Shown here one piece after another: positions 23,525 to 41,500 of a DNA stretch of 64,000 bases. Every line of letters starts with the position of its first letter. Position 1 is the first letter of the stretch. Source of the stretch: Eledone cirrhosa (Eukaryota). Both the position numbers and the translations under genes were made by a program. The notes under the pieces were generated by a model, which saw only the letters and a list, made by a program, of their open reading frames with translations, was not told the origin of the DNA and did no database searches. The stretch spans positions 385,206,001-385,270,000 of the forward strand of contig OZ024741.1 of NCBI GenBank assembly GCA_964016885.1, given 5' to 3'.

Positions 23525-26500
23525 CAGGTGTATATTACACACCACAGATGTCTATATTACACACCACAGATGTCTATATTACACACCACAGATGTCTATA
23601 TAACACACCACAGATGTCTATATTACACACCACAGGTGTCTATATTACACATAACACATGTCTATATTACACACCACAAATGTCTATATAACACACCACA
23701 AGTGTCTATATTACACACCACAGATGTCTATTTTGCACACCACACGTGTCTATATTACAAACCACGTGTGTCATTGACTTTGAGAGGTGTAGTTGATAAA
23801 AGCCGACCTTACCCAACTACACCTCTCAAAGTCAATGACACACGACCGTGACTTCTGGCGTCACGCAGTAATACAGGGTACCCGACCTCCCATGGGTACA
23901 TGCTGAAGCATATAAACAATATGCCCCCCCCCCCACCGCAAGGTGGTCGTGGAGGTGCCACGGCAAAAAAGCACCCAGCCCACACTGTAAAGTGGACGTG
24001 TAGGCGCCACGAAAAAGCACCCAGCACTCACTGTAAATGAGGTTGGTGTTAGGAAGGGCATCCAGCTGTAGAAATCAAGCCAGATCAGTTCCTGTATGAG
24101 CAAGGCATGGTCAGCCGACCAGACACTGCCCACAACAGGACAACCCGTCTAACCCATGCTAGCGTGGAAGAACGGACGTAAAACGGTGATGATGATGATG
24201 ATGATGACAAGTCTTTATATTACACACCACAAGTCTCTATATTACACACCACGAGTCTCTATATTACACACCACATGTCTATATTACACAACAGATGTCT
24301 ATATTACACACCACAGATGTCTATATTGTACACCACAGGTGTCTATATTACACACCACAGGTGTCTATATTACACACGACAGATGTCTATATTACACACC
24401 ACACATGTCTATATTACACACCACAGGCCTCTATATTACACACCACAGGTGTCTATATTACACACCACATATCAATATTACACATCACAGGAGTCTATAT
24501 TACACACCACAAGTGTCTATATTACACACCACATATGTCTATATTACACACAACATGTCTATATTACACACCGCAGGTGTCTATATTACACACAAGTCTC
24601 TATATTAGACACCACATATGTCTATATTACACACCACAGGTCTCTATTTTACACACCACGAGTCTCTATATTACACACCACATGTCTATATTACACACCA
24701 CAGATGCCTATATCACACACCACACATGTCTATATTACACACCACAGGTGTCTATATTACACACCACAGATGTTTATATTACACACCATGTGTGACTATA
24801 TTACACACCACAGATGTCTATATTACACACCACAGGTCTCTATATTACACACCACAGGTCTCTATATTACATACCACAGGTCTCTATATTACACACCACA
24901 TGACTCTATATTACACACCACAGATGTCTATATAACACACCACAGATGTCTATATTACACGACCACAGATGTCTATATTACACACCACACATCTATATTA
25001 CACGCCACAGATGTCTATATTACACACCATGTGTGACTATATTACACACCACAGATGTCTATATTACATACCACAGGTCTCTATATTACATACCACAGGT
25101 GTCTATATTACACACCACAAGTCTATATATTATGCACCACAAAGGTCTATATTACACACCACATGTCTATATTACACACCACAAGTCTCTAAATTACACA
25201 CCACAGGTGTCTATATTACACACCACGTGTCTATATTACACACCACAAGTGTCTATATTACACACCACAGATCTCTATATTAAACACCACAAGTGCCTAT
25301 ATTACACACCACAGTTCACTATATTACACACCACAGGTGTCTATATTACACACCACAGATGTCTATGTTACACACCACATGTCTAAATTACACACCACAG
25401 ATGTCTATATTACACACCACAGATGTCTATATTACACACCACAGATGTCTATATTACACACCGAAGATGTCTATATTACACATCACAGGTCTCTATATTA
25501 CATACCACAAGTCTCTATATTACACACATGTCTCTATATTACACAAGACAGATGTCTATATAACACACCACAGATGTCTATATTACACACCACAGCTGTC
25601 TATATTACACACCACATGTCTATATTACACATCACAGGTGTCTATATTACACACCACAAGTTTCTATATTACACACCACAGGTCTCTATTTTACACACCA
25701 CAAGTCTCTATATTACACACCACATGTCTATATTACACACCACAGATGTCTATATTACACACCACAGGTGTCTATATTACACACCGCACATGTGTATATT
25801 ACACACCACAGATGTCTATATTACACACCACAGATGTCTATATTACACATGTCTATATTACAAACGACAGGTGTCTATATAACACACCACACATGTGTAT
25901 ATTACACACCACAGATGTCTATATTAAACACCACAGATGTCTATATTACACACCACAGATGTCTATATTACTACATGTCTATGTTACACACCACAAGTAT
26001 CTAAATTACACACCACAAGTCTCTATATTACACTACACACATGTATATATTACACACCACAGGTGTCTATATTACACACCACAGGTGTCTATATTACACA
26101 CCACAGGTGTCTATATTACACACGACAGATGTCTATATTACACACCACAGATGTCTATATTACACACCACAGGTGTCTATATTACACACCACATGTCTAT
26201 ATTACACACCACAGATGCCTATATTACACACCACAAGTGTCTATATTACACACCACACATGTCTATATTACACACCACAGATGCCTATGTTACACACCAC
26301 AGGTGTCTATATTACACACCACAGGTGTCTATATTACACACCACAGGTGTCTATATTACACACGACAGATGTCTATATTACACACCACAGATGTCTATAT
26401 TACACACCACAGATGTCTATATTACACACCACAGATGTCTATATTACACACCATGTGTGGCTATATTACACACCACAGATGTCTATATTACACACCACAG

Positions 26501-29500
26501 GTCTCGATATTACATACCACAGGTCTCTATATTACACACCACATATCTCTATATTATACACCACAGATGTCTATATAACACACAACAGATGTCTATATTA
26601 CACACCACAGATGTCTATATTACACGCCCACGAGTCTCTATATTACATACCAGATATGTCTATATTACACATCACAGGTGTCTATATTACACACCACAAG
26701 TCTATATATTACACACCAGAAAGGTCTATATTACACACCACAGGTGTCTATATTACACACAACACATCTCTATATTACACACTACATGTCTATATTACAG
26801 ACCACAGGTGTCTATATTACACACCACATGTCTATATTACACACCACAGGTGTCTATATTACACACCGCGTGTCTATATTACACACCACAGGTCCCTATA
26901 TTACACACCACAGATGTCTATATTACACACCACAAGTGTCTATATTACACACCACAGATGTCTATATTACACACCACAGATGTCTATATTACACACTACA
27001 AGTCTCTATATTACATACCACAGGTCTCTATATTACACACCACATGTCTCTATATTACACACGACAGATGTCTATATAACACACCACAGATGCCTATATT
27101 ACACACCATAGGTGTCTATATTACACACCACGTCAATATTACAAATCACAGGTGTCTATATTACACACCACAAGTTCTATATTACACACCACAGGTCTCT
27201 ATTTTACACACCACAAGTCTCTATATTACACACCACATGTCTATATTACACACCACAGATGTCTATATTACACACCACAGGTGTCTATATTACACACCAC
27301 AGATGTCTATATTACACATGTCTATATAACACACCACAGATGTCTATATTACACACCACAAGTCTCTATATTCACACCACTGGTGTCAATATTACACACC
27401 ACAGATCTCTATATTACACACCACAGTGTCTATATTACACACCACATGTGTCTATATTACACACCACAGTGTCTATATTACACATCACAGTATCTATATT
27501 ACACACCACAGTGTCTATGTTACACACCACAGATGTCTATATTACACACCACAGGTGTCTATATTACACACCACAGAGTCTATATTACACAGCAGTGTCT
27601 ATATTACACACCACACATGTCTATATTACACACCACACATGTCAATATTATACACCACAGATGTCTATATTACACACCACAGATGTCTATATTACACACC
27701 ACAGTGTCTATATTACACACCACAGTGTCTATATTACACACCACAGTGTCTATATTACACACCACAGATGTCTATATTACACACCACAGGTGTCTATATT
27801 ACACACCACAGGTCTCTATATTACACACCACAAGTGTCTATATTACAAACCACATGTCTATATTACACACCACAAATATCTATATTACACACCACATGTC
27901 TATATTACACAACACAGATATCTATATTAAACACAAGTGTCTATATTACACACCACAAGTCTCTATATTCACACCACAGGTGTCTATATTTCACACCACA
28001 GATGCCTATATTACACACCACAAGTGTTTATATAACACACCACAGATGTCTATATTACACACCACAGGTGTCTATATTACACATAACACATGTCTATATT
28101 ACACACCACAAATGTCTATATAACACACCACAAGTGTCTATATTACACACCACAGATGTCTATTTTGCACACCACACGTGTCTATATTACAAACCACAAG
28201 TCTTTATATTACACACCACAAGTCTCTATATTACACACCACGAGTCTCTATATTACACACCACATGTCTATATTACACAACAGATGTCTATATTACACAC
28301 CACAGATGTCTATATTGTACACCACAGGTGTCTATATTACACACCACAGGTGTCTATATTACACACGACAGATGTCTATATTACACACCACACATGTCTA
28401 TATTACACACCACAGGCCTCTATATTACACACCACAGGTGTCTATATTACACACCACATATCAATATTACACATCACAGGAGTCTATATTACACACCACA
28501 AGTGTCTATATTACACACCACATATGTCTATATTACACACAACATGTCTATATTACACACCGCAGGTGTCTATATTACACACAAGTCTCTATATTAGACA
28601 CCACATATGTCTATATTACACACCACAGGTCTCTATTTTACACACCACGAGTCTCTATATTACACACCACATGTCTATATTACACACCACAGATGCCTAT
28701 ATCACACACCACACATGTCTATATTACACACCACAGGTGTCTATATTACACACCACAGATGTTTATATTACACACCATGTGTGACTATATTACACACCAC
28801 AGATGTCTATATTACACACCACAGGTCTCTATATTACACACCACAGGTCTCTATATTACATACCACAGGTCTCTATATTACACACCACATGACTCTATAT
28901 TACACACCACAGATGTCTATATAACACACCACAGATGTCTATATTACACGACCACAGATGTCTATATTACACACCACACATCTATATTACACGCCACAGA
29001 TGTCTATATTACACACCATGTGTGACTATATTACACACCACAGATGTCTATATTACACACCACAGGTCTCTATATTACATACCACAGGTGTCTATATTAC
29101 ACACCACAAGTCTATATATTATGCACCACAAAGGTCTATATTACACACCACATGTCTATATTACACACCACAAGTCTCTAAATTACACACCACAGGTGTC
29201 TATATTACACACCACGTGTCTATATTACACACCACAAGTGTCTATATTACACACCACAGATCTCTATATTAAACACCACAAGTGCCTATATTACACACCA
29301 CAGTTCACTATATTACACACCACAGGTGTCTATATTACACACCACAGATGTCTATGTTACACACCACATGTCTAAATTACACACCACAGATGTCTATATT
29401 ACACACCACAGATGTCTATATTACACACCACAGATGTCTATATTACACACCGAAGATGTCTATATTACACATCACAGGTCTCTATATTACATACCACAAG

Positions 29501-32500
29501 TCTCTATATTACACACATGTCTCTATATTACACAAGACAGATGTCTATATAACACACCACAGATGTCTATATTACACACCACAGCTGTCTATATTACACA
29601 CCACATGTCTATATTACACATCACAGGTGTCTATATTACACACCACAAGTTTCTATATTACACACCACAGGTCTCTATTTTACACACCACAAGTCTCTAT
29701 ATTACACACCACATGTCTATATTACACACCACAGATGTCTATATTACACACCACAGGTGTCTATATTACACACCGCACATGTGTATATTACACACCACAG
29801 ATGTCTATATTACACACCACAGATGTCTATATTACACATGTCTATATTACAAACGACAGGTGTCTATATAACACACCACACATGTGTATATTACACACCA
29901 CAGATGTCTATATTAAACACCACAGATGTCTATATTACACACCACAGATGTCTATATTACTACATGTCTATGTTACACACCACAAGTATCTAAATTACAC
30001 ACCACAAGTCTCTATATTACACTACACACATGTATATATTACACACCACAGGTGTCTATATTACACACCACAGGTGTCTATATTACACACCACAGGTGTC
30101 TATATTACACACGACAGATGTCTATATTACACACCACAGATGTCTATATTACACACCACAGGTGTCTATATTACACACCACATGTCTATATTACACACCA
30201 CAGATGCCTATATTACACACCACAAGTGTCTATATTACACACCACACATGTCTATATTACACACCACAGATGCCTATGTTACACACCACAGGTGTCTATA
30301 TTACACACCACAGGTGTCTATATTACACACCACAGGTGTCTATATTACACACGACAGATGTCTATATTACACACCACAGATGTCTATATTACACACCACA
30401 GATGTCTATATTACACACCACAGATGTCTATATTACACACCATGTGTGGCTATATTACACACCACAGATGTCTATATTACACACCACAGGTCTCGATATT
30501 ACATACCACAGGTCTCTATATTACACACCACATATCTCTATATTATACACCACAGATGTCTATATAACACACAACAGATGTCTATATTACACACCACAGA
30601 TGTCTATATTACACGCCCACGAGTCTCTATATTACATACCAGATATGTCTATATTACACATCACAGGTGTCTATATTACACACCACAAGTCTATATATTA
30701 CACACCAGAAAGGTCTATATTACACACCACAGGTGTCTATATTACACACAACACATCTCTATATTACACACTACATGTCTATATTACAGACCACAGGTGT
30801 CTATATTACACACCACATGTCTATATTACACACCACAGGTGTCTATATTACACACCGCGTGTCTATATTACACACCACAGGTCCCTATATTACACACCAC
30901 AGATGTCTATATTACACACCACAAGTGTCTATATTACACACCACAGATGTCTATATTACACACCACAGATGTCTATATTACACACTACAAGTCTCTATAT
31001 TACATACCACAGGTCTCTATATTACACACCACATGTCTCTATATTACACACGACAGATGTCTATATAACACACCACAGATGCCTATATTACACACCATAG
31101 GTGTCTATATTACACACCACGTCAATATTACAAATCACAGGTGTCTATATTACACACCACAAGTTCTATATTACACACCACAGGTCTCTATTTTACACAC
31201 CACAAGTCTCTATATTACACACCACATGTCTATATTACACACCACAGATGTCTATATTACACACCACAGGTGTCTATATTACACACCACAGATGTCTATA
31301 TTACACATGTCTATATAACACACCACAGATGTCTATATTACACACCACAAGTCTCTATATTCACACCACTGGTGTCAATATTACACACCACAGATCTCTA
31401 TATTACACACCACAGTGTCTATATTACACACCACATGTGTCTATATTACACACCACAGTGTCTATATTACACATCACAGTATCTATATTACACACCACAG
31501 TGTCTATGTTACACACCACAGATGTCTATATTACACACCACAGGTGTCTATATTACACACCACAGAGTCTATATTACACAGCAGTGTCTATATTACACAC
31601 CACACATGTCTATATTACACACCACACATGTCAATATTATACACCACAGATGTCTATATTACACACCACAGATGTCTATATTACACACCACAGTGTCTAT
31701 ATTACACACCACAGTGTCTATATTACACACCACAGTGTCTATATTACACACCACAGATGTCTATATTACACACCACAGGTGTCTATATTACACACCACAG
31801 GTCTCTATATTACACACCACAAGTGTCTATATTACAAACCACATGTCTATATTACACACCACAAATATCTATATTACACACCACATGTCTATATTACACA
31901 ACACAGATATCTATATTAAACACAAGTGTCTATATTACACACCACAAGTCTCTATATTCACACCACAGGTGTCTATATTTCACACCACAGATGCCTATAT
32001 TACACACCACAAGTGTTTATATAACACACCACAGATGTCTATATTACACACCACAGGTGTCTATATTACACATAACACATGTCTATATTACACACCACAA
32101 ATGTCTATATAACACACCACAAGTGTCTATATTACACACCACAGATGTCTATTTTGCACACCACACGTGTCTATATTACAAACCACAAGTCTTTATATTA
32201 CACACCACAAGTCTCTATATTACACACCACGAGTCTCTATATTACACACCACATGTCTATATTACACAACAGATGTCTATATTACACACCACAGATGTCT
32301 ATATTGTACACCACAGGTGTCTATATTACACACCACAGGTGTCTATATTACACACGACAGATGTCTATATTACACACCACACATGTCTATATTACACACC
32401 ACAGGCCTCTATATTACACACCACAGGTGTCTATATTACACACCACATATCAATATTACACATCACAGGAGTCTATATTACACACCACAAGTGTCTATAT

Positions 32501-35500
32501 TACACACCACATATGTCTATATTACACACAACATGTCTATATTACACACCGCAGGTGTCTATATTACACACAAGTCTCTATATTAGACACCACATATGTC
32601 TATATTACACACCACAGGTCTCTATTTTACACACCACGAGTCTCTATATTACACACCACATGTCTATATTACACACCACAGATGCCTATATCACACACCA
32701 CACATGTCTATATTACACACCACAGGTGTCTATATTACACACCACAGATGTTTATATTACACACCATGTGTGACTATATTACACACCACAGATGTCTATA
32801 TTACACACCACAGGTCTCTATATTACACACCACAGGTCTCTATATTACATACCACAGGTCTCTATATTACACACCACATGACTCTATATTACACACCACA
32901 GATGTCTATATAACACACCACAGATGTCTATATTACACGACCACAGATGTCTATATTACACACCACACATCTATATTACACGCCACAGATGTCTATATTA
33001 CACACCATGTGTGACTATATTACACACCACAGATGTCTATATTACACACCACAGGTCTCTATATTACATACCACAGGTGTCTATATTACACACCACAAGT
33101 CTATATATTATGCACCACAAAGGTCTATATTACACACCACATGTCTATATTACACACCACAAGTCTCTAAATTACACACCACAGGTGTCTATATTACACA
33201 CCACGTGTCTATATTACACACCACAAGTGTCTATATTACACACCACAGATCTCTATATTAAACACCACAAGTGCCTATATTACACACCACAGTTCACTAT
33301 ATTACACACCACAGGTGTCTATATTACACACCACAGATGTCTATGTTACACACCACATGTCTAAATTACACACCACAGATGTCTATATTACACACCACAG
33401 ATGTCTATATTACACACCACAGATGTCTATATTACACACCGAAGATGTCTATATTACACATCACAGGTCTCTATATTACATACCACAAGTCTCTATATTA
33501 CACACATGTCTCTATATTACACAAGACAGATGTCTATATAACACACCACAGATGTCTATATTACACACCACAGCTGTCTATATTACACACCACATGTCTA
33601 TATTACACATCACAGGTGTCTATATTACACACCACAAGTTTCTATATTACACACCACAGGTCTCTATTTTACACACCACAAGTCTCTATATTACACACCA
33701 CATGTCTATATTACACACCACAGATGTCTATATTACACACCACAGGTGTCTATATTACACACCGCACATGTGTATATTACACACCACAGATGTCTATATT
33801 ACACACCACAGATGTCTATATTACACATGTCTATATTACAAACGACAGGTGTCTATATAACACACCACACATGTGTATATTACACACCACAGATGTCTAT
33901 ATTAAACACCACAGATGTCTATATTACACACCACAGATGTCTATATTACTACATGTCTATGTTACACACCACAAGTATCTAAATTACACACCACAAGTCT
34001 CTATATTACACTACACACATGTATATATTACACACCACAGGTGTCTATATTACACACCACAGGTGTCTATATTACACACCACAGGTGTCTATATTACACA
34101 CGACAGATGTCTATATTACACACCACAGATGTCTATATTACACACCACAGGTGTCTATATTACACACCACATGTCTATATTACACACCACAGATGCCTAT
34201 ATTACACACCACAAGTGTCTATATTACACACCACACATGTCTATATTACACACCACAGATGCCTATGTTACACACCACAGGTGTCTATATTACACACCAC
34301 AGGTGTCTATATTACACACCACAGGTGTCTATATTACACACGACAGATGTCTATATTACACACCACAGATGTCTATATTACACACCACAGATGTCTATAT
34401 TACACACCACAGATGTCTATATTACACACCATGTGTGGCTATATTACACACCACAGATGTCTATATTACACACCACAGGTCTCGATATTACATACCACAG
34501 GTCTCTATATTACACACCACATATCTCTATATTATACACCACAGATGTCTATATAACACACAACAGATGTCTATATTACACACCACAGATGTCTATATTA
34601 CACGCCCACGAGTCTCTATATTACATACCAGATATGTCTATATTACACATCAGAGGTGTCTATATTACACACCACAAGTCTATATATTACACACCAGAAA
34701 GGTCTATATTACACACCACAGGTGTCTATATTACACACAACACATCTCTATATTACACACTACATGTCTATATTACAGACCACAGGTGTCTATATTACAC
34801 ACCACATGTCTATATTACACACCACAGGTGTCTATATTACACACCGCGTGTCTATATTACACACCACAGGTCCCTATATTACACACCACAGATGTCTATA
34901 TTACACACCACAAGTGTCTATATTACACACCACAGATGTCTATATTACACACATGTCTATATTACACACCACAGATGTCTATATTACACACCACAGATGT
35001 CTATATTACACACCACAGATGTCTATATTACACACTACAAGTCTCTATATTACATACCACAGGTCTCTATATTACACACCACATGTCTCTATATTACACA
35101 CGACAGATGTCTATATAACACACCACAGATGCCTATATTACACACCATAGGTGTCTATATTACACACCACGTCAATATTACAAATCACAGGTGTCTATAT
35201 TACACACCACAAGTTCTATATTACACACCACAGGTCTCTATTTTACACACCACAAGTCTCTATATTACACACCACATGTCTATATTACACACCACAGATG
35301 TCTATATTACACACCACAGGTGTCTATATTACACACCACAGATGTCTATATTACACATGTCTATATAACACACCACAGATGTCTATATTACACACCACAA
35401 GTCTCTATATTCACACCACTGGTGTCAATATTACACACCACAGATCTCTATATTACACACCACAGTGTCTATATTACACACCACATGTGTCTATATTACA

Positions 35501-38500
35501 CACCACAGTGTCTATATTACACATCACAGTATCTATATTACACACCACAGTGTCTATGTTACACACCACAGATGTCTATATTACACACCACAGGTGTCTA
35601 TATTACACACCACAGAGTCTATATTACACAGCAGTGTCTATATTACACACCACACATGTCTATATTACACACCACACATGTCAATATTATACACCACAGA
35701 TGTCTATATTACACACCACAGATGTCTATATTACACACCACAGTGTCTATATTACACACCACAGTGTCTATATTACACACCACAGTGTCTATATTACACA
35801 CCACAGATGTCTATATTACACACCACAGGTGTCTATATTACACACCACAGGTCTCTATATTACACACCACAAGTGTCTATATTACAAACCACATGTCTAT
35901 ATTACACACCACAAATATCTATATTACACACCACATGTCTATATTACACAACACAGATATCTATATTAAACACAAGTGTCTATATTACACACCACAAGTC
36001 TCTATATTCACACCACAGGTGTCTATATTTCACACCACAGATGCCTATATTACACACCACAAGTGTTTATATAACACACCACAGATGTCTATATTACACA
36101 CTACAGGTGTCTATATTACACACAACAGTGTCTATATTACACACCACAGATGTCTATATAACACACCACAGATGTCTATATTACACACCACAGATGTCTA
36201 TATTACACACCACACGTCTCTATATTACACACCACAAGTGTCTATATAACACACCACAGATGTCTATATTACACATCACAGGTGTCTATATTACACACCA
36301 CAGATGTCTATATTACACACCTTAGATGTCTATATAACACACCACAGATATCTATATTATATACCACACATGTCTATATTACACACCACGTCTATATTAC
36401 ACACCACAGGTGTCTATATTACACACCACAGGTGTCTATATTACACACCACAGGTGTCTATATTACACACCACAGATGTCTATATTACACACCACAGATG
36501 TCTATATTACACACCACAAGTCTCTATATTACACACCACAGCTGTCCATATTACACACGACAATGCCTATATAACACATCACGAGTCTCTATATTACACA
36601 CCACAGTTCTCTATATGACACACCACAAGTCTCTATATTACACACCACATGTCTATATTACACACCACAGATGTCTATATTACACACCACACATCTCTAT
36701 ATTACACACCACACATGTCTATATTACACAACACAGATATCTATATTAAACACAAGTGTCTATATTACACACCACAGGTCTAAATATTACACACCACAGA
36801 AGTCTATATTACACACCACAGATGTCTTTATTACATACCTCAGATATCTATATTACACACCACAGAAGTCTATATTACACACCACAGATGTCTATATTAC
36901 ACACCACAGAAGTCTTTATTACATACCTCAGATATCTATATTACACACCACAGATGTCTATATTACACACCACAGATGTCTATATTACACACCACAGATA
37001 ACTATATTACACACCACAGATCTCTATATTACACACCACAGATGTTTATATTATACACCACAGATGTCTATTTTACACACCACAGTGTCTATATTACACA
37101 CCACAGATGTCTATATTACACACCACATGTGTCTATATTACACACCACAGGTCTCTATATTACACACCACAGATGTCTATATTACACACCACATGTCTAT
37201 ATTACACACTACACATGTATATATTACACATCACAGATGTCTATAATACACACCACAGTGTCTATATTACACACCACAGATGTCTATATTACACAGCACA
37301 GGTGTCTATATTACACTCCACAGATGTCTATATTACACACCACAGGTGTCAAAATTACAGACCACAAGTCTATATTACAGACCACAGATACCTAAATTAC
37401 ACACCACAGATGTCTATATTACAAACCACAGATGTCTGTATTACACACCACAGGTGTCTAATACACACACCACAGTGTGTGTATTAGACACCACAGATGT
37501 CTATATTACACACCACAGATATCTATATAACACACCACAGGTGTCTATATTACACACCACAAGTCTATATTACACACCACAGATGTCTATATTACACACC
37601 ACAGGTCCATATATTACACACCACAGGTGTCTATATTACACACCACAGGTCTCTATATTACACACTACAGATATCTATATTACACACCACAGATGTCTAT
37701 ATAACACACCACAGGTGTCTATATTACACATCACAAGTCTCTATATTACACACCACAGATGTCTATATTACACACCACAGGTCTCTATATTACACACCAC
37801 ATGTCTATATTACACACCACAAGTCTATTTTACACACCACAGATATCTATATTACACACCACAGATATCTATATAACACACCACAGGTGTCTATATTACA
37901 TGCCACAAGTCTCTATATTACACACCACAGATATCTATATTACACACGACACATGTCTATATTACACACCACGTCTATATTACACATCACAGGTGTCCAC
38001 ATTAGACACCACAGGTTTCTGTATTACACATCACAAGTCTCTATATTACACACTACAGGTGTCTATATTACACACAAGTCTCTATATAACACACCACAGG
38101 TCTCTATATTACACACCACATCTCTATATTACACACCACAGGTGTCTATATTACACACCACAAGTTTCTATATTACACACCACAGGTGTCTATATTACAC
38201 ACCACATCTCTATATTACACACCACGTGTGTCTATGTTACACACCACAGTGTCTATATTACACACCACAGATGTCTATATTACACACCACAGGTGTCTAT
38301 ATTACACACCACAAGTCTCTATTATTACACACCACAGGTTTCTATATTACACACCACAGTGTCTATATTACACACCACAGATGTCTATATTACACACCAC
38401 AGGTTTCTATATTACACACCACATCTCTATATTACACACCACAGATGTCTATCTTGCACACCACACATTTCTATATTATACACGACATCTCTATATAACG

Positions 38501-41500
38501 CACCACAGGTGTCTATATTACACACCACATCTCTATATTACACACTACAGGTGTCTATATTACACACAAGTCTCTATATAACACACCACAGGTCTCTATA
38601 TTACACACCTCATCTCTATATTACACACCACAGGTGTCTATATTACACACCACAAGTTTCTATATTACACACCACAGGTGTCTATATTACACACCACATC
38701 TCTATATTACACATCACGTGTGTCTATATTACACACCACAGTGTCTATATTACACACCACAGATGTCTATATTACACACCACAGGTGTCTATATTACACA
38801 CCACAAGTCTCTATTATTACACACCACAGGTGTCTATATTACACACCACAGTGTCTATATTACACACCACAGATGTCTATATTACACACCACAGGTTTCT
38901 ATATTACACACCACGTCTCTATATTACACACCACAGATGTCTATCTTGCACACCACACATGTCTATATTATACACGACATCTCTATATAACACACCACAG
39001 GTGTCTATATTACACACCACATCTCTATATTACGCACCACAGGTGTCTATATTACACACCACACACGTCTAAATTACACACCACACATGTCTATATTACA
39101 CACCACACGTCTATATTACACACCACAGATGTCTATATTACACACCACATGTCTATATTACACACTACACATGTATATATTACATATCACAGATGTCTAT
39201 ATTACATACCACAGGTGTCTATATGACACACCACAGATGTCTATATAACACACCACAGGTGTCTATATTACACACCACAAGTCTATATTACATACACACT
39301 ACAGATATCTATATTACACACCACAGATGTCTATATAACACACCACAGGTGTCTATATTACACACCACAAGTCTCTATATTACACACCACAGATGTCTAT
39401 ATTACACACCACAGGTCTCTATATTACACACCACATGTCTATATTACACACCACAAGTCTATTTTACACACCACAGATATCTATATTAAACACCACAGAT
39501 ATCTATATAACACACCACAGGTGTCTATATTACATGCCACAAGTCTCTATATTACACACCACAGATATCTATATTACACACGACACATGTCTATATTACA
39601 CACCACGTCTATATTACACATCACAGGTGTCCACATTAGACACCACAGGTTTCTGTATTACACATCACAAGTCTCTATATTACACACTACAGGTGTCTAT
39701 ATTACACACAAGTCTCTATATAACACACCACAGGTCTCTATATTACACACCACATCTCTATATTACACACCACAGGTGTCTATATTACACACCACAAGTT
39801 TCTATATTACACACCACAGGTGTCTATATTACACACCACATCTCTATATTACACACCACGTGTGTCTATGTTACACACCACAGTGTCTATATTACACACC
39901 ACAGATGTCTATATTACACACCACAGGTGTCTATATTACACACCACAAGTCTCTATTATTACACACCACAGGTTTCTATATTACACACCACAGTGTCTAT
40001 ATTACACACCACAGATGTCTATATTACACACCACAGGTTTCTATATTACACACCACATCTCTATATTACACACCACAGATGTCTATCTTGCACACCACAC
40101 ATTTCTATATTATACACGACATCTCTATATAACGCACCACAGGTGTCTATATTACACACCACATCTCTATATTACACACTACAGGTGTCTATATTACACA
40201 CAAGTCTCTATATAACACACCACAGGTCTCTATATTACACACCTCATCTCTATATTACACACCACAGGTGTCTATATTACACACCACAAGTTTCTATATT
40301 ACACACCACAGGTGTCTATATTACACACCACATCTCTATATTACACACCACGTGTGTCTATATTACACACCACAGTGTCTATATTACACACCACAGATGT
40401 CTATATTACACACCACAGGTGTCTATATTACACACCACAAGTCTCTATTATTACACACCACAGGTGTCTATATTACACACCACAGTGTCTATATTACACA
40501 CCACAGATGTCTATATTACACACCACAGGTTTCTATATTACACACCACGTCTCTATATTACACACCACAGATGTCTATCTTGCACACCACACATGTCTAT
40601 ATTATACACGACATCTCTATATAACACACCACAGGTGTCTATATTACGCACCACAGGTGTCTATATTACACACCACACACGTCTAAATTACACACCACAC
40701 ATGTCTATATTACACACCACACGTCTATATTACACACCACAGATGTCTATATTACACACCACATGTCTATATTACACACTACACATGTATATATTACATA
40801 TCACAGATGTCTATATTACATACCACAGGTGTCTATATGACACACCACAGATGTCTATATTACACACCACAAGTCTCTATATTACACACCACAAGTGTCT
40901 ATATAACACACCACAGATGTCTATATAACACACCACAGGTGTCTATATTACACACCACAAGTCTATATTACATACACACCACAGATATCTATATTACACA
41001 CCACAGATGTCTATATAACACACCACAGGTGTCTATATTACACACCACAAGTCTCTATATTACACACCACAGATGTCTATATTACACACCATAGGTCTCT
41101 ATATTACACACCACATGTCTATATTACACACCACATGTCTATATTACACACCACAGATATCTATATTACACCTCACAGATATCTATATAACACACCACAG
41201 GTGTCTATATTACATGCCACAAGTCTCTATATTACACAACACAGATATCTATATTACACACCACACATGTCTATATTACACACCACGTCTATATTACACA
41301 TCACAGGTGTCCACATTAGACACCACAGGTTTCTATATTACACATCACAAGTCTCTATATTACACACTACAGGTGTCTATATTACACACCACAAGTCTCT
41401 ATATTACACACCACAGGTCTCTATATAACATACAAGTGTCTATATAACACACCACAGGTCTCTATATTACACAGCACATCTCTATATTACACACCACAGG

